Positions 1 to 13,616 of a DNA stretch of 64,000 nt are shown one piece after another. Numbering within the stretch: the stretch's first letter is position 1; each line of letters starts with the position of its first letter. This DNA comes from Hydrolagus affinis (taxonomy: Eukaryota), in the NCBI GenBank assembly GCA_012026655.1, contig JAAILG010000629.1, forward strand, positions 1 through 64,000. Reading direction: 5' to 3'. The notes beneath the pieces were generated by a model. That model made no database searches, was not told the DNA's origin, and saw only the letters and a list, made by a program, of their open reading frames with translations. Position numbers and translations under genes: made by a program.

Positions 1-1257
1 TACTCTGGCACTACCTCGCTCAACCTTTCTGTCCCTGCCCTTCTTTATATGTACAGTATTCCCAAACTGCCTAAAAGTGTACCTCTATTATGTTGCCTAT
101 TGTCACCTCCCTCTTAACTCTACCATCAAAAATGTTCCTTTCCATTGTTCCCTCATATGTTTCAGAATTTCTATCCCTTGAAATTTGACTCATTTCCCAG
201 AAAATTAAGTACGGGATATTTAAATTGGAATAAATGACTTAAATTTGAAGTTGATGGGAATCCCGCTGATATAACCACTGTACTGTACTTTTTCATATAA
301 AATGTTTGGTTTTGTGCATGTAAAAAAACACTGCATGCTTTTAGCACCACCAACTGGTACAGGTATTTTAATGAAACTCAGATATGCACTGAAATGCTTC
401 AGAGATTCAAACAAGCTGTCTGCATTTAAATAATCTGTCCAGTCTATCTCTCTGAATCATTTGGAATGCCTGAATGGTATGCACTGCTTAGATAGGGACC
501 TTGGTCTAATATCTCATCCAAAAGATGGCACTTCCAACATCCCAATACTGCTATTGGAGTGTCTGCCTCAGATTGGGATGAGGATTGGGATGTTCAAAGC
601 TCCGTGGTTTTAACCCTTTCTGAGGTGATTGCCCTATCAACTGAACCACACAGAAAAGATCCCTCTAAAGAGAAATTATGGACTGCTTCAACCACTGTTT
701 GTTGTAGATGATTCCACAGTCAAACCACCCTTTGTGCAAATAAATGGTTTCCAATCCCATCATATTCTTGAAGACTTGTATCACGGGATCCTTTGACCTT
801 CTGAGCTCCAATGAAAATATTCAGCAGATGCATTACCTTGTGTTCTGTAACCACTGTCCAGTTTTCCTCTGCTGTAGACTTCAGTGGGGCTGTCAATTGC
901 TGCACAGATTGTTTATTTACCACTCCGTGGAGCCAATTTTCTCTATGTAATCATTTATTACTTCCATTGTAACTTGTGTATTCGGAACTCTGAGACAATA
1001 TCCTGCTTGAAGGACACTATTTACAATAAATTGTTGTTCGGGCCAACAATCCCCCAAATACAATTGGTCATTTGTTCATTTGTTTCATGACTGTTTGTGG
1101 GACATTGCTGGGCATAATTGTGCTGTTGTGTTTACTTACAAATACACAGTCACTCCATTTCATAGTAATTTCTGTGAAGAGCTTCGATATGTCCTTGCAA
1201 TGTGATAAGGTGCTATACTGAATACAAGGATTATTAATATTATTATTATCATTGTTG

Positions 1258-4123
1258 TTTATTTTTCCAATGCACTACCACTGGTGAATTAATATACAAA
1301 CAACAATCAAGGGTCAGGGAAGAAATGGAGAGACACATTCATGGACACTCATTTTTAGTGTTATTATGGCGGAGAACGCAATTTATAATGGATTCTGTGG
1401 AAAACTTGAACCTACACTATTGTATTGGCCCAGCACATAGCCAACAGCATTTAAGCCGTGGGCCTTTGAAAACAATCATCTTTGAATCTGTATAAAAGAT
1501 TACTATTATAATTAATAAAGTACAGAATGCTCTAGAGATGCACACATGTACAATTCCTGCTTCCCATGCTTCCTGACCCGACTGGGGACATCCTCCCGAT
1601 GTGAAAGGCACTCTATAAATGTAATTTTGTTGTTGCTTTATTCTGTAATAGGAAATAATGCAAAGAGAATTACTCTCCCGCCTGTTACCTCCTATCCAGC
1701 AAGCAAATAATTAAATAAGCATTTGTCTAGAATTTCTGGCTTGCAACTCAAATAATCTTGGAACTGTACAAACGGAGAGAGGCAGCTCAGAGAATTGAGT
1801 GCAGCGGTGGACACAGTAGTGCGCTGGATGCTTTGTAATAAAAACATGTTTTGAACACTTTTAAAAGGTCCCATCTTCAAAGCAAAGCAATTAAATAAAC
1901 AGCGAGCCTTTGAGAGTGCTCCAAATTCCTCTCACTTCGCATACCCCTATCGTGCTTCCCAGGGGTGCTATTGATCAGCACACATCCTCTTCCATATAGT
2001 AGTGCAGGACAGCCTGCATCCAATGCTCTGTACTATGTTGCCAATCCGTCTGAAGGAGACGCACAAGACATTGCCAGACAACAGAGCACATGTATTTTAG
2101 ATGCTTATACAGCAGATGGATTTTACTGTACAAAGATACTCTTTCTCTCTCCAATTTGTTAATGAGACACACTCTTTAATATGAACCAGAATGCCACAAA
2201 GACATAGATTTTCAGCAATCTGTTATTCCATAATTTTCTATTTGCTCAGTACACACGTGTGGGAGAATACAAAACATTAAAATGGTAAATACAATGATAA
2301 GAAAGAGCAGTATAGGGTTTCCTGAAATATTCTGGTGAATTTGGATTTAGTTGCAGAAGGAAACAACAACAAAACAACCTGTACTTATATAGCGCCGTCC
2401 ACTCTGGGAAGGCAGTGCTTCACAGCACTTGATGGTGCTGACTCTGAGCCAGGGGTGGGGCAAGGGGTTGGGGGGAGGTGGCTGTAAGCGGGGTTACAGA
2501 GGAAGGTTCTCAGGCAGGACTTGAAAAGGAGAGAGGGGGCAAAGCCGAGGGATTGAGGGAGAGCGTTCCAGAGTTTGGGGGCTTATTGGCTAAAAGCAAT
2601 GATGGGGCAGAGGGTGCGAGGGATGAGCAGGAAGCTGGTGCCAGTTGAGCGGAGGCACCGGGTGGTTGATTGGGGAGTGAGGGGGTCGGAGAGGTAGGGA
2701 GTGAACATGAGGATGAGGATCTTGAAGTCGATCCGTTCGGTGATAGGGAGCCAGTGGAGCCTTGGCCAGAACTGGTGAGATATGGTTACGGAGTTTGGTT
2801 CAGGTCAGTCTGCGGGCTGCAGAGTTCTGAATCAGAAACAATCGGAAACAATATACTGTAATACATTTGCAATGTTCTTTGTTTGTGTGATGTATATATA
2901 GGGGGAGGGAGATGGAATGGGGGTAAACAATAAGAATATAAGCCCCGATGACTTGCTTCAGTCAGTAAGGTGGTTTAAATATAATGGTATTTGCATGTAT
3001 ATTTAATAAAATCTGCATAAATATCTAAATACAGTATAACAAAAATATCTAACCAAATTACAGAAATCCAAATGCAAAAGATAACAATGACATTTAATGG
3101 TCCCTAACTTAAAACCAGCAACTTCACTGCTTGGTCACAACTTGGAGAGCAACATGCATTAGTAGACTTACTTTTAATGCTGTTAATACATATCCTTAAG
3201 CCATAAGCGACTGTACTCTGAGTATTTACTACATTGCACTTTAAAAGGACTTGCAGTCCAGCCTTTTCCTAAACATTAGTAGCAAGAAAAAGTGCTCATT
3301 TTAAAAAATAACCTAAACCTCAAATGTCTCCGCATTCCTAAGCAATGGGGGTCTAATTTGCGCCATGTCTAAGAAAAATTCCTTAAAAAGTAATTAAAGT
3401 TGCCCAAGTGGGAACTCCTTCCCCAGGAATGGGAAGCATGCTGCATCTTCTCAAGACATTTCTTCTCAAGAAATCTCATTCAGAAATTACTGCATAATAG
3501 ACCCCTTTGAAATGAATCGGATACAGGTCCTGAAATAAATTCCTACGAAGACACCAACATTTAATTTACCAAACATTTTATACCCTTCTATTTCCCTCCA
3601 AAAAGCATTTACAAACTCTCCTGTAATATTATTGAGCCCTGTGGTTCAGTCTTTTTAAGAATAATGTTGTTCGTGGGATGGGATTCCAACCATTTATATC
3701 TCACTGTACAATAATTGATTTTGTTCTTTTAGCCTTTACTTGTCCTTTTTACTTTACTTGAAAAATTGGAAGAAATATAACTTCTGACCTGATGTGGTTC
3801 TGCTTTTCACTGTCATGTCCATTTGATTCTAGGAAGACTGTATGAATACTGAACAAGAACTCAGAAATATCTGTCCTGCGCCACCTTGTTATAATCTCCA
3901 CATTTTCGCTTTGTTTCTCATTATAAATACTTTCCACTTGTTATACTTTGCTCGATACTTCCTTTGCCAAGCACACATCCTTCTCCACCACATTCGAACC
4001 TATGGATTCTCATCCCGCACCTTCCTCGGTAAAAATATGTTGAAATCCACACTAATAATGGCAGGCATTACGATGTCCATTTAAAGTCACAGCTGTTCTG
4101 ATATAATATTCCTCAAAAGCAGC
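1258..4123 (-). other. DDR2: DDR2 3'UTR (extent uncertain); candidate poly(A) signals ATTAAA ~3002-3007, AATAAA ~1638-1643 and ~1258-1263
   Basis: Hexamers seen on the minus strand downstream of the stop; no transcript data to choose between them. Confidence 0.35.
2361..2830 (-). mobile_element. L2 LINE 3' fragment
   Basis: Similar to the 3' part of the 27.3-kb L2 (GAGGATCTTGAAGTCGA etc.); (TTG)n tail. Confidence 0.85.
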
Positions 4124-4273
4124 TCACTCCTCTGCTTCAGACTGATTTGCACATTCCTGCAAAACGCGATGAATATCTTGAAACACAGGTCGACTCTTTG
4201 GTTCACGCCGCCAGCAGCTCAACATCAGTTTGTACACGACATTGGGACAAATTGCTGGCTGTGGGAGATAAAC
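4124..4273 (-). CDS. DDR2: DDR2 last coding exon ([49 protein letters not shown])
   Basis: ctttag| acceptor; TGA at 4126-4124; CW...RP motif of kinase subdomain XI. Confidence 0.96.
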   Translation of the reverse strand, partial: VYLPQPAICPNVVYKLMLSCWRREPKSRPVFQDIHRVLQECANQSEAEE

Positions 4274-6125
4274 CTAAAGAGACATGGACAAGGAATGGAG
4301 AGAAATCTGTGAGAAACCTGAGCGCACAGCCGACAGTGTAACCTTGCACGCAGTAATAAAACAACACAAATGCAAATATCAGAAATCCAAATAAGTCACA
4401 AATCCAAGCCCTTTCACCTAGTTCACAGTAAGTGGGGATATAGGTTCCACATTTGAATCTGGATTCAGTGATGCAGTTACAATTTCTTAACCAGTTTCAT
4501 TTAATTTGTGAGCACTGCAATCCATCCTACTTGATAAGATCCCAAATGAATCAAAAAGTACTTGTGCATTTAAAAAAAAAATCAGTCAATTGAACTGTAC
4601 AAGTATTTAATTTAAATTAATTTAAAAAAGACGTTTTTCCTCACGGTTTACCTGAGAGGAGGTGGTGAGATGGAGGAAAATGTTCCTCTTGGAGAAGGAA
4701 AAAATTGCATAATTTCTGCAAAAACATTTGTTTTGGCCTTTCAAATTCAAAGGTATATAACTTATGCTGTACTGACTCTTAGATTGGAGAAAAATGTCCG
4801 ACAGATGTATGCAGCTTCATTCAATGCTGCTTGCATCTGGAATAGCCTTTGCAATAGAGAACAGGTTGCGCTGGTTCTCTGGAAATGGTGTTACAGTTTA
4901 GTTGGCGGGAAGGGATCTTTCAATGGCCATATTTGCCGATCAGTGATCGTTTTCTTGTTTCACCCCCAAGTGCTGCTTTAAGTTGTCTTGGTTTTAGGTA
5001 CATCTCCTATGTACACAATGTGAAATGATATATTCCTAAAGTGATGATGCAAATAAATATAGTGAATACTGATGTCCAAATGGAACTACTATAATATATT
5101 ACTCTACTACTGTAAACTCTCAAGTATTAGCATATGTTATTGGATATTCGTAAGCGTAGTGATGGTTTTCTGAATGTGTCAGACATCTGACAGAATTTTT
5201 TTTTTTTTAATTCACCCGTAGTTTCTGAGGCAGATCTGACATCTTGTGGCATATTAACAATAAATCAACTTTTTAAATGATAGATTCCTCTTCAAGAATT
5301 AATTATAGTTTACAAATTAATTAATTATTGGAATTAATAATCTTGTTATGATGTCAAACTAGATTGTAGAATGGGAATTGTTTTAAGGTAAGATGTCTAA
5401 GAAATAATGTACAGAGCAACCACCCAAAAACGAGACTTTTTTTAAAAAGTACAAAATAGGGAGCAAAGAGATCTGTAGGTTGATAACATATTCACATGAG
5501 CAGCCTATAATTTGCTTGAGATCAGATTCCAGTCCAGATTTGGTTTGACTTCAGTCCATTTCGCTAGAGCACATTTGAGAGATGAATGCCTGTTCTATGT
5601 GATCTGTTTGACCAGAGTCTTTACTCGTCTATCAGTTTAGTGGGACCAAAGTTCAGGATTTCCAAACAATGTGATGTAACCCACGGATTAGTAAAGCTGT
5701 ACTCGAAATTTCTTTCGGGCAAGAGCTGACAACAGAAGCTGAAAAGATACAAAAACGGATGGAAACTCTACTATGAATCCAGATAAAATGGTAAAAGTGG
5801 ATATAAAAGACCGTTATGGTACCATGTTTAATATAGCTGCTGTTCAAATTTTCAAGAAATTACACTGTGTTGCATGTTTATTTTCAGGTTACAGTTCTTT
5901 GAACTTTGCAGGAATCTCCAGGTTAGTTGGCAGAACAGTCAAGCACATGTACTTGTATCTCCTATTGTTGGGTAGGAAGTCTGATTTGAACAGATTAAAC
6001 TGGATAATGTTACTCTCACCAGATAAAAGAATAACATTGAACTTTCTGAAGTATTTTGCAGAGGGGTCATTGTGCAAGTACGGGTAGATAAAAAAATACA
6101 AGATTGCCCACATCCACAACCATAC

Positions 6126-6275
6126 CTGGTGCTCTTGGTCTCTGAAAAATTCCCCAGTATTTTCAATCACTTGTTCGTCCGATAGCTGGGAGTATGGCTG
6201 GTCTCGGCAGAAAGTCAGGGACTCCCATAGGGTCACACCGAAAGCCCATACATCACTTGCTGTCGTAAACTTGCC
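6126..6275 (-). CDS. DDR2: DDR2 coding exon 15 ([18 protein letters not shown]...FFRDQEHQ)
   Basis: attcag| acceptor, CAG|GTATGG donor, 150 nt; SDVW motif of kinase subdomain IX. Confidence 0.96.
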
Positions 6276-7112
6276 CTGAATAGAAAGGAAGCAAATGAAA
6301 CAAGGTCATATACAGTATTGGTCTTAACAAGACACGAATATCTCCATAACAGAAGTATAAAAAATGTTTGGAAATTTAGAGCATGGATAGTGACAGGGGG
6401 AAAGAAAGTAAGTGGGACAGACACTTGTTCATTTTAATTTTTTTTTAGGAATAACACTTTAGAAAAAAAATTGTTGAAAATTGCAGTTTAGGGTCTTAAT
6501 TGATGCTATGTCAAATAAGACAGAAGACTACAATTTTTCACTACTTCTGAGGCTCAGTAAGCTTGACCCAAGTTAGGTATCAGACTGTCAGTACATTTGC
6601 AGATCAGTTTATATTGAAGAGTTAGCATTTCATAGAATTAAATATTGTAGTCCAACTAGACATTCAGTCCAACTAGACCATGCCTGTGTTCAGACTCCAC
6701 GTCAAGTATTTAGATGTATGAGCATTCTAATGCCATCTCCCTAAAGTTACCTGAACATATTAGAGGTAGAAAGGCCAGAGGAACGTTAAAAAGGATAGAC
6801 GACAACGCAAGAGGATAGGGAAGGAAAGCAACAAGGACAAAAAGTGATACAAATCATGCATTGAATAAGATTTTAAAATGAGTCGTGTTTGCTTTAAAGG
6901 CATGTTTTGCATTTTTTTTTAGCAGATTATGGTAATTCTTCATATTTTGAGTATAAAATGATGTAAGATTATATAATATTAGATTTTTAAAGTTACAATG
7001 CCTGAAGTGAAAATAAGAAGAATGAACTGGTCCCCAGATAGAAGTTTTAGGTTTAGCTAGTCCAGGTGGACCAGGGTTAATAAAGTGGTTGCTACCAGTT
7101 AGGAAGACTTCA

Positions 7113-7451
<339 letters not shown>

Positions 7452-7542
7452 TTATATACCACACAAGTTGTTGTTGAATACAGGTTACACCCATTGCAAC
7501 ATGGTTGTTTGAAATCAAACGCTGGCTTATAAAAATATAAGA

Positions 7543-7860
7543 AGAATCCTTGAATTTGATATAGAGCTTACCAAGTCTTCAAAATGCCCAAAGTGCTTCA
7601 CAGAATATACCGTAAAGGGAATTGACTGTATATTTTTGGGCAAAACAAGGCGGGCAACTGCACACAGCAGCGTCCCACAAACAGTTGTTGAACTGAGTGA
7701 CCAAATTATTTTAAAAAATTAAAAATGTTTAAAGTGCTTTATTAGCCCCAGAAAGCGATGCTCCAAACAACTAACAACCTGGTTCCTACTTAATACTAGG
7801 TAAACAGAGACATGTGGAATAAGGAAACTCGCCTCAGGTTTCTTCCCGCCAGGAATAGTG
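7543..7860 (-). mobile_element. SINE copy, same family (head truncated)
   Basis: Shared tail, GTCCCACAAACAG core and GGAAACT...GGTTTC segment. Confidence 0.82.
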
Positions 7861-8171
7861 TGGTGCTCTATAAAAGTCGCCACCTGTCCATGCTTGTGGG
7901 GCATCAAGCCAACATGCGCGGGAACCTAACCAATTATCCCACAGAAGCCGGTAGTGCCATGGCACACCAACACTTTAAACTGATTCATATTATATTGAAG
8001 CATGTTATAATGGGGTTATACAAATAAGATGTACATTTCTATAGTGCATTTCATCTCAGGACGATTTCTCAACAACAACGACAACAACAACAAAATTACA
8101 TTTATAGAGCACATTTCATGTCAGACCGCTTTACAAAACTGGCTGGACTGGATCTACAAGCTAAAGCCTCA

Positions 8172-8381
<210 letters not shown>

Positions 8382-9235
8382 TCAATACTGATCACAGCTT
8401 GATTCAAAGGTGGTGCAGGATGCAGAATTGTATACTGTACACTGTTGTAGTGTGGAAACAGCCCATACAGCCCAGCCAGTCTGTACTGGTGTTTACACTT
8501 CACACAAGCCTCCATTCATCATAAAGTCCTCTCCCATACCCTTCTATTCCCTTCTTCTTTATGCACACATTATGTTTCCACTGAATGAGAATTAGGATTT
8601 CAAACATAATTAAATTTCCAAAGCCACTAAATAAAGTTCCACATCAATAAAGTATGACACTGGGGTTGATATTTTGTATAACAGATTCAATCATATTGAA
8701 TGCTTTATGAAACATTGTATTTTCACGCATCTTATATATGGGTGAAAATTTAACTATATTAAATTTACTCATAACAACAACTTGCAATTATATAGTACCC
8801 ATCACTAGTTTTTAGAAAGGAGGTTGGCTGCTTGGAGCTGCTTTTCGATGGTATTATCTCAGCTGTACATGACAATGGTGAATGAGCTCTGCTGTGGATT
8901 TCAGAGCGAGGTATAGCAAAGTACAAAAACAGCCAACAAAGCCAGACAACTACACCTTTGATTTAAAATTATGGCTCCATATATTCTGCATTTAAAGTCC
9001 TTAACACCCTACAATGGCCAGTGACTTAGCTGACCAATGGAAGTGTGGAGCTTTTGTGTTTAACAATGGATTCTTTCAGTCTCAATTTTCAGTCTCAATT
9101 TCCTTCTTAGCACAAGCAGAACATTCTTTAAGTGAAGTCATTCAGCAATCTGGCCGTAACCTGGTTTGTGGCAAAGAAATCTCTTTGGCATTTGCTGGAT
9201 TGATTGAAGGATGATGAATCATGAGGAGATTTTAC

Positions 9236-9363
9236 CTGGCATTTTTGTTGGCGTCTGACCGTAACATTTTTACCGCTACCAGGACTGGATGGTTAGCACT
9301 GATGTCAAATGGAAACTCCTTGTCGATAAATTCCTGCATTCCTTCTGCTTCACACAGGTGCAC
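9236..9363 (-). CDS. DDR2: DDR2 coding exon 12 ([12 protein letters not shown]...[16 protein letters not shown])
   Basis: cctcag| acceptor, CAG|GTAAAA donor, 128 nt; VAVK catalytic lysine. Confidence 0.96.
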
Positions 9364-9937
9364 CTGAGGACAACAGAAAACACCTTCATTGTTTATCAAT
9401 CAACGCTCTCCACTCCCCATGCATGGCCTCCTCCGGCAATGGTTACTCCACCGTCCTGTTCTGCGTGTTGTTTGGTTATCTTTACCTTAACTAAGTAGCA
9501 AATAAGATCAGAAAAGAAAACTCATTTGGATAACAGTATCATTCACAGTTAATAATCCATAAGTAAGTAGATTATTTGCTACTTACCTAAAAATAAGGAA
9601 GCATCAACTTTTCCAATAGCATTTAAAAGTCAGTGTGTATTTCTTAAGGTGAAACAGACTAAGATTTTGACACCATTCAGTTCTATACAGTAAAAGAGCA
9701 CTTGTCTTTTTTTTTAAAAAAGAGAACATTTGACAATGCCTGCTCAGCACGGGATGGCAAGATCCCTGTTGTGCTCGGGTGAGACAGCTAATTAGATGTT
9801 GTATTTACAATGACAATGTTGTGTTGTGCTGCATCGCCAGAAAGTGGCTGATCTTTAAACCATTTAAACTGTGGTTTGGAAGGCACCGCATCAGCCACAC
9901 AGAAGCAACTGCACATTCACGCACTCGTTGCACTGAC

Positions 9938-10161
9938 CTCCCCAAACTGTCCTTCTCCCAGCTTCTCCTTGAAGGTTAACAGTTTGCGTGGGAACTCTTC
10001 CACAGCCACATCTTTACCAGACAAGAGGTCCATGGTTAGAGCGGGGACCGAGTAGGTGTTACTGCCGGTCACACCCTGTAAGTTCACAATGTCCGCTTCG
10101 GCGTAGTGCGGTACGTTGTCCTGAGGTCCTCCAAGTGGCTTTGCATAGTCGCCGCTGCTTC
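9938..10161 (-). CDS. DDR2: DDR2 coding exon 11 (SSGDYAKP...[10 protein letters not shown]...KLGEGQFGE)
   Basis: actcag| acceptor, GAG|GTCAGT donor, 224 nt; kinase Gly-rich loop. Confidence 0.95.
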
Positions 10162-10334
10162 CTGAGTCAGAACAGCATATTCTATTCAGTTTATTCTGCT
10201 GCGGAAATTTTAGCTTATAAGTGTAAAGTGGGGCTACCTCCACCCCCCCCACTGCCATCCCCGCCATGCGCTGGTGGGTATAGTAGCACCGAGTACAGCA
10301 CTGGGCAGTTCGGACCAGACATTATTTGCAGGTG

Positions 10335-10475
10335 TGAAGTGCATTCCGTGACTTATCTGGTTGGGGTGGCACTTACTTTGTACAATTGGCCTCAGCACTT
10401 ATGTGTTTGGGGAAGGAGAAAACCATTGGGGTTCACTGTTCCTAATCACTGTGTAGTGCCCCAGGTTCCTCCCTG
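10335..10475 (+). mobile_element. Ancient SINE fragment (AmnSINE2-like, tentative); related copies at ~33040-33200(+) and ~17200-17380(-)
   Basis: ACAATTGGCCTCAGCAC...GGAGAAAA...GGGGTTC...CCTAATCACT motif shared among the three loci. Confidence 0.45.
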
Positions 10476-10485
10476 AGCTGACAGA

Positions 10486-10509
10486 TGTGTGTGTGTGTGT
10501 GTGTGTGTG
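10486..10509. repeat. (TG)n microsatellite
   Basis: Direct reading. Confidence 0.9.
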
Positions 10510-10921
10510 CGCGTGCACTGAGTGAGGATATGATCAGGCTATGCATAACAGATGACTAGAATAGTCTGCAAACACTCACTGTTCAGGCTCACATATGGAT
10601 AATAGAAAGTGTTAGCAAGGTCTTGGAGGGTGGCTGGCACGTATGATACTAAACACCGCAAGAAAGAAAATACGTCAATCGCCTTCAGGAGAAGAGGGGA
10701 GGCTTGTCGATTATTGTCAAGAAAACACCTTAAAGTGGAAGGAAGCTTTGACATTGCTAGTTAATAAAAGCAGCGCCAATTTCCGTGTGAGAGGGTTTGT
10801 CAGCTCTTTGTTGGGTCTTTAAAATCATTTGGAACAGTGTAGCCACTGGAAAAAGATTTTTGTAGAGATGGAACAATTCAGTGGTTATGCCACCTGCAAA
10901 GACTTCCTCTTCCATCCTCAC

Positions 10922-11132
10922 CTGGCTCCTCTAAACCTAAGCCAAATTCTGGAAGTTTCCGAAGCAACTTTGATGGCTCCTGGTAGTCAGGTCCGAGAGG
11001 GAATATCCGGTCATAGGTCGAGTTTGACTCCTGTTCGCTGGGGGAGGAGGACTTGTTGTTGTTTATCATGATGGTTTCACTTTGTAACGAGAGGCTAACT
11101 GTCAGCTCATCGTCCAGCATGCGCCTTGAGGC
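10922..11132 (-). CDS. DDR2: DDR2 coding exon 10 ([16 protein letters not shown]...[16 protein letters not shown]...EEP)
   Basis: tcttag| acceptor, CAG|GTGAGG donor, 211 nt. Confidence 0.95.
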
Positions 11133-11226
11133 CTAAGAGCAAAGCAGAAGAATGTAAGAACAGTCAAAGTGTGAAAGGTCATTCTACGCAACAAGTCTTA
11201 TCCCACTTACTACCCTATCCCACCTT

Positions 11227-11610
11227 AATAATAAATAACAATCCTTGCATTTTTGATATAGCACATTACCATATACGGAGACATCGGCTTCACAGAATAT
11301 ATACAGTATTGTAAAGTGGATTTGACTGTGTATTTTGTGGGTGAAACACAGCGGGCAATTGCTCACAATACTCTCCGTCCCACAAACAGTCGTAGACTGA
11401 GTGACCACATTTTTTGGGGGAGCAATTATTACCCCTGGAAAGTGACCTGCTGAATGACTAACAACTGGGCTCCTACTGACTGCTAAACCTACTGGTAAAG
11501 AGAAGTGTCTGGAATAAGAAAACTTGCTTAAGGTTTCGCCCTGCCCGTGAATGAAACCCGGGTCTTCTCACTTCGAGGGGAGTACTCTAATCCTTAAGTT
11601 ACAGGACTCC
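11227..11610 (-). mobile_element. Full-length SINE, same family as 59942-60260
   Basis: Tail, core and tRNA-like head are all recognisable. Confidence 0.88.
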
Positions 11611-11615
11611 ACAAG

Positions 11616-12065
11616 AAACAACAACAACATAATTATATTTGTAGAGCGCTTTTCATGCCAGGAGGATGTCCCAAGACGCTGAACAGCCAGGGGTCAGGAC
11701 CCGAGCGTGAGGGAGTTGGGACGTGGGAGGGCAGAGAGGTAGGATGGAGGCTGAAGGCATAGTCAAAAAGAAGTGTCTTGAGACTGGCCTTGAAGGAAGT
11801 AAGGGAGGGAGCAAGGCGAAGGGATTCGGAGATGAAGTTCCAAATTGTGGGGGCAGAGAGACTGAAATCCTGGCCACAGATGGTATGGCAGGTTGGGTGG
11901 GAGACATGGAGCAGGATGGAGCCCGCTGAACGGAGGGAGTGGACAGGTTGGTAGGGGCAGCAGGTCAGAGTTGTGGAGGTGTGGGCAAGGCCGTGAAGGG
12001 CCTTGAAAGTGAGGACGAGGATCTTGAATTCTAGATCGACTGAAGGAAGGTTCAGTTGATGAAAA
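11616..12065 (-). mobile_element. L2 LINE 3' fragment
   Basis: ORF 11633..12100 encodes L2 ORF2 C-terminal motifs FKILVLTFKALHG and SFKASLKTLLF; (TTG)n tail. Confidence 0.88.
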
Positions 12066-12206
12066 TCCATTTGCCCTTTGTTGCCATCCTTCCAGAGCAC
12101 CCCATTATCTTTTGTCCTTTAAAGAGTGAAGCATCCTGGCTACAGAAAAATAACAATGTGAAAATGCATTAGGAACATTTGCAATCTTAATTAGAAATTA
12201 GGAAAC

Positions 12207-12343
12207 CTTTTCCAGCATTTTCTGCCAAAACTGACGCCAAAGGATTATGACGATGATGGCGACCAGGATGAAGATAATAGCCACCAAGCAGCCGATAAGG
12301 ATTCGCGTGTTACTGTCATCCACTTTGTGCTTTGGGTTGATAT
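12207..12343 (-). CDS. DDR2: DDR2 coding exon 9, transmembrane helix ([45 protein letters not shown])
   Basis: tcttag| acceptor, AAG|GTTTCC donor; lies in ORF 12198..12491. Confidence 0.95.
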
Positions 12344-12869
12344 CTAAGAACATGAGAATGAGAGTGGTTATGTTCGAGTGTGTCAATGAACAAGAGTGAA
12401 AACAAAAGTTGTCAAACCTAAAGAAGCAACAAAAGCAAACGTGTTGCTCTTGCCAGCAGTAGGTTGCGTTTCTTGGCTGTACCATTTCCATTTTAGACTA
12501 TGTCACAGGGCTCATCTGGAGTGAGGGTGGAGTAGGCTTTATCATTCCCTGCTCCTATGTCCAGTTCCTTCAGATTTCATAGCACCATGCCGATGATCAA
12601 ATAACCAAACTTTTCTGCTGAAAAGCACTAATGGATGCTTTCCACCTCAATCACACCAAACAACATTCATTGAAGGAAATTAAGAAGCTGTTTCCAAGCA
12701 CAGCTCTGCATGATATTCAATGCACTGGGAATACAAATATTTAATCAGAGTGATGAATGCATTTCACATAATATTGTACAATTACAGTAAACATTGAATG
12801 CTCCCAGGCTTTGTTTGAGGTTTGAAGAACATAGGAATAAAGTTAGTCTCAAAAAAGGCAACACTGATG

Positions 12870-13010
12870 TAAATGAAAACACAAAATACTGCAGGTGCTG
12901 GAAATCTGAAACAAAAACAGAAGTCGCTGGGAACACTCAGCAGGTCAGGCAGCATCTATGGAGAAAGCAAAGGTGAGGCAATGTTTCCACGACCCGTTGT
13001 CAGAACTGTT
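12870..13010 (-). mobile_element. Penelope-derived short element, same family
   Basis: Shares CTCAGCAGGTCAGGCAGCATC and ACGACCC...TCAGAAC with the 16.1-kb and 32.9-kb copies. Confidence 0.72.
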
Positions 13011-13029
13011 CTATTTTCTTTGAAGGAAT

Positions 13030-13192
13030 TATTACCCCCAGAAACCGATCTGCCAATCGACTAACAACCAGGTTCCTACTTACTGCTAGGCAAACAGTGG
13101 CGAGTGGAGTATCAAAACTTGCCCATCGTTTCTCTCTGCCAGGAATCAAACCCAGGTCTCTCAGGCACTCTAACCACTGAGCCGCAGGAGCA
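13030..13192 (-). mobile_element. SINE 5' half (tRNA head)
   Basis: CTCTAACCACTGAGC and GGAATCAAACCCAGG are the reverse complements of the A and B boxes. Confidence 0.75.
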
Positions 13193-13616
13193 CCCAAATA
13201 AGCACGGGAGCACCCAGAGTCAAGAGGTGAAAGGTCGTCACACTGTGTTTGCATAGTTATGATTAGAAACTTGCCCTACAGGGAATATTGAGCACTGCAC
13301 ATGCCACGAAAGGAAGGGGGATTGGGAAGTATAATATGTGGCACCTCACGCATACCACGCCAGACTAGCATTGATCCATTCTGATAGGCCATGAGAAATT
13401 TTTATTTTATTTTCCCCATCATTGCTGAAAATAAAAGTGGTGAAGGAAAGCAATATCACACGATAGATGTTATGCGGGAATCCCCAAACGCAGTGTTGTT
13501 TCTGAATCAACAAATGTTAATTTATTCTGAATGAGTAATTATTTTTTTTGAAAACCAGCTGGGTCATGCTTGAGAACATATGTTCATGTTTTCAATGAAA
13601 TCTGACAATTTCTTAC

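Noticed and set aside
5889-6125. Open frame continuing past the exon 15 donor as an alternative C-terminus
   Set aside because: No kinase homology; the true last exon is at 4124-4273 with canonical splice sites.
9917-10267. Open frame extending upstream of DDR2 exon 11 (possible DDR1b-like NPxY insert)
   Set aside because: The extension has no similarity to the DDR1b insert and no NPxY; a good acceptor at 10161 explains the junction.
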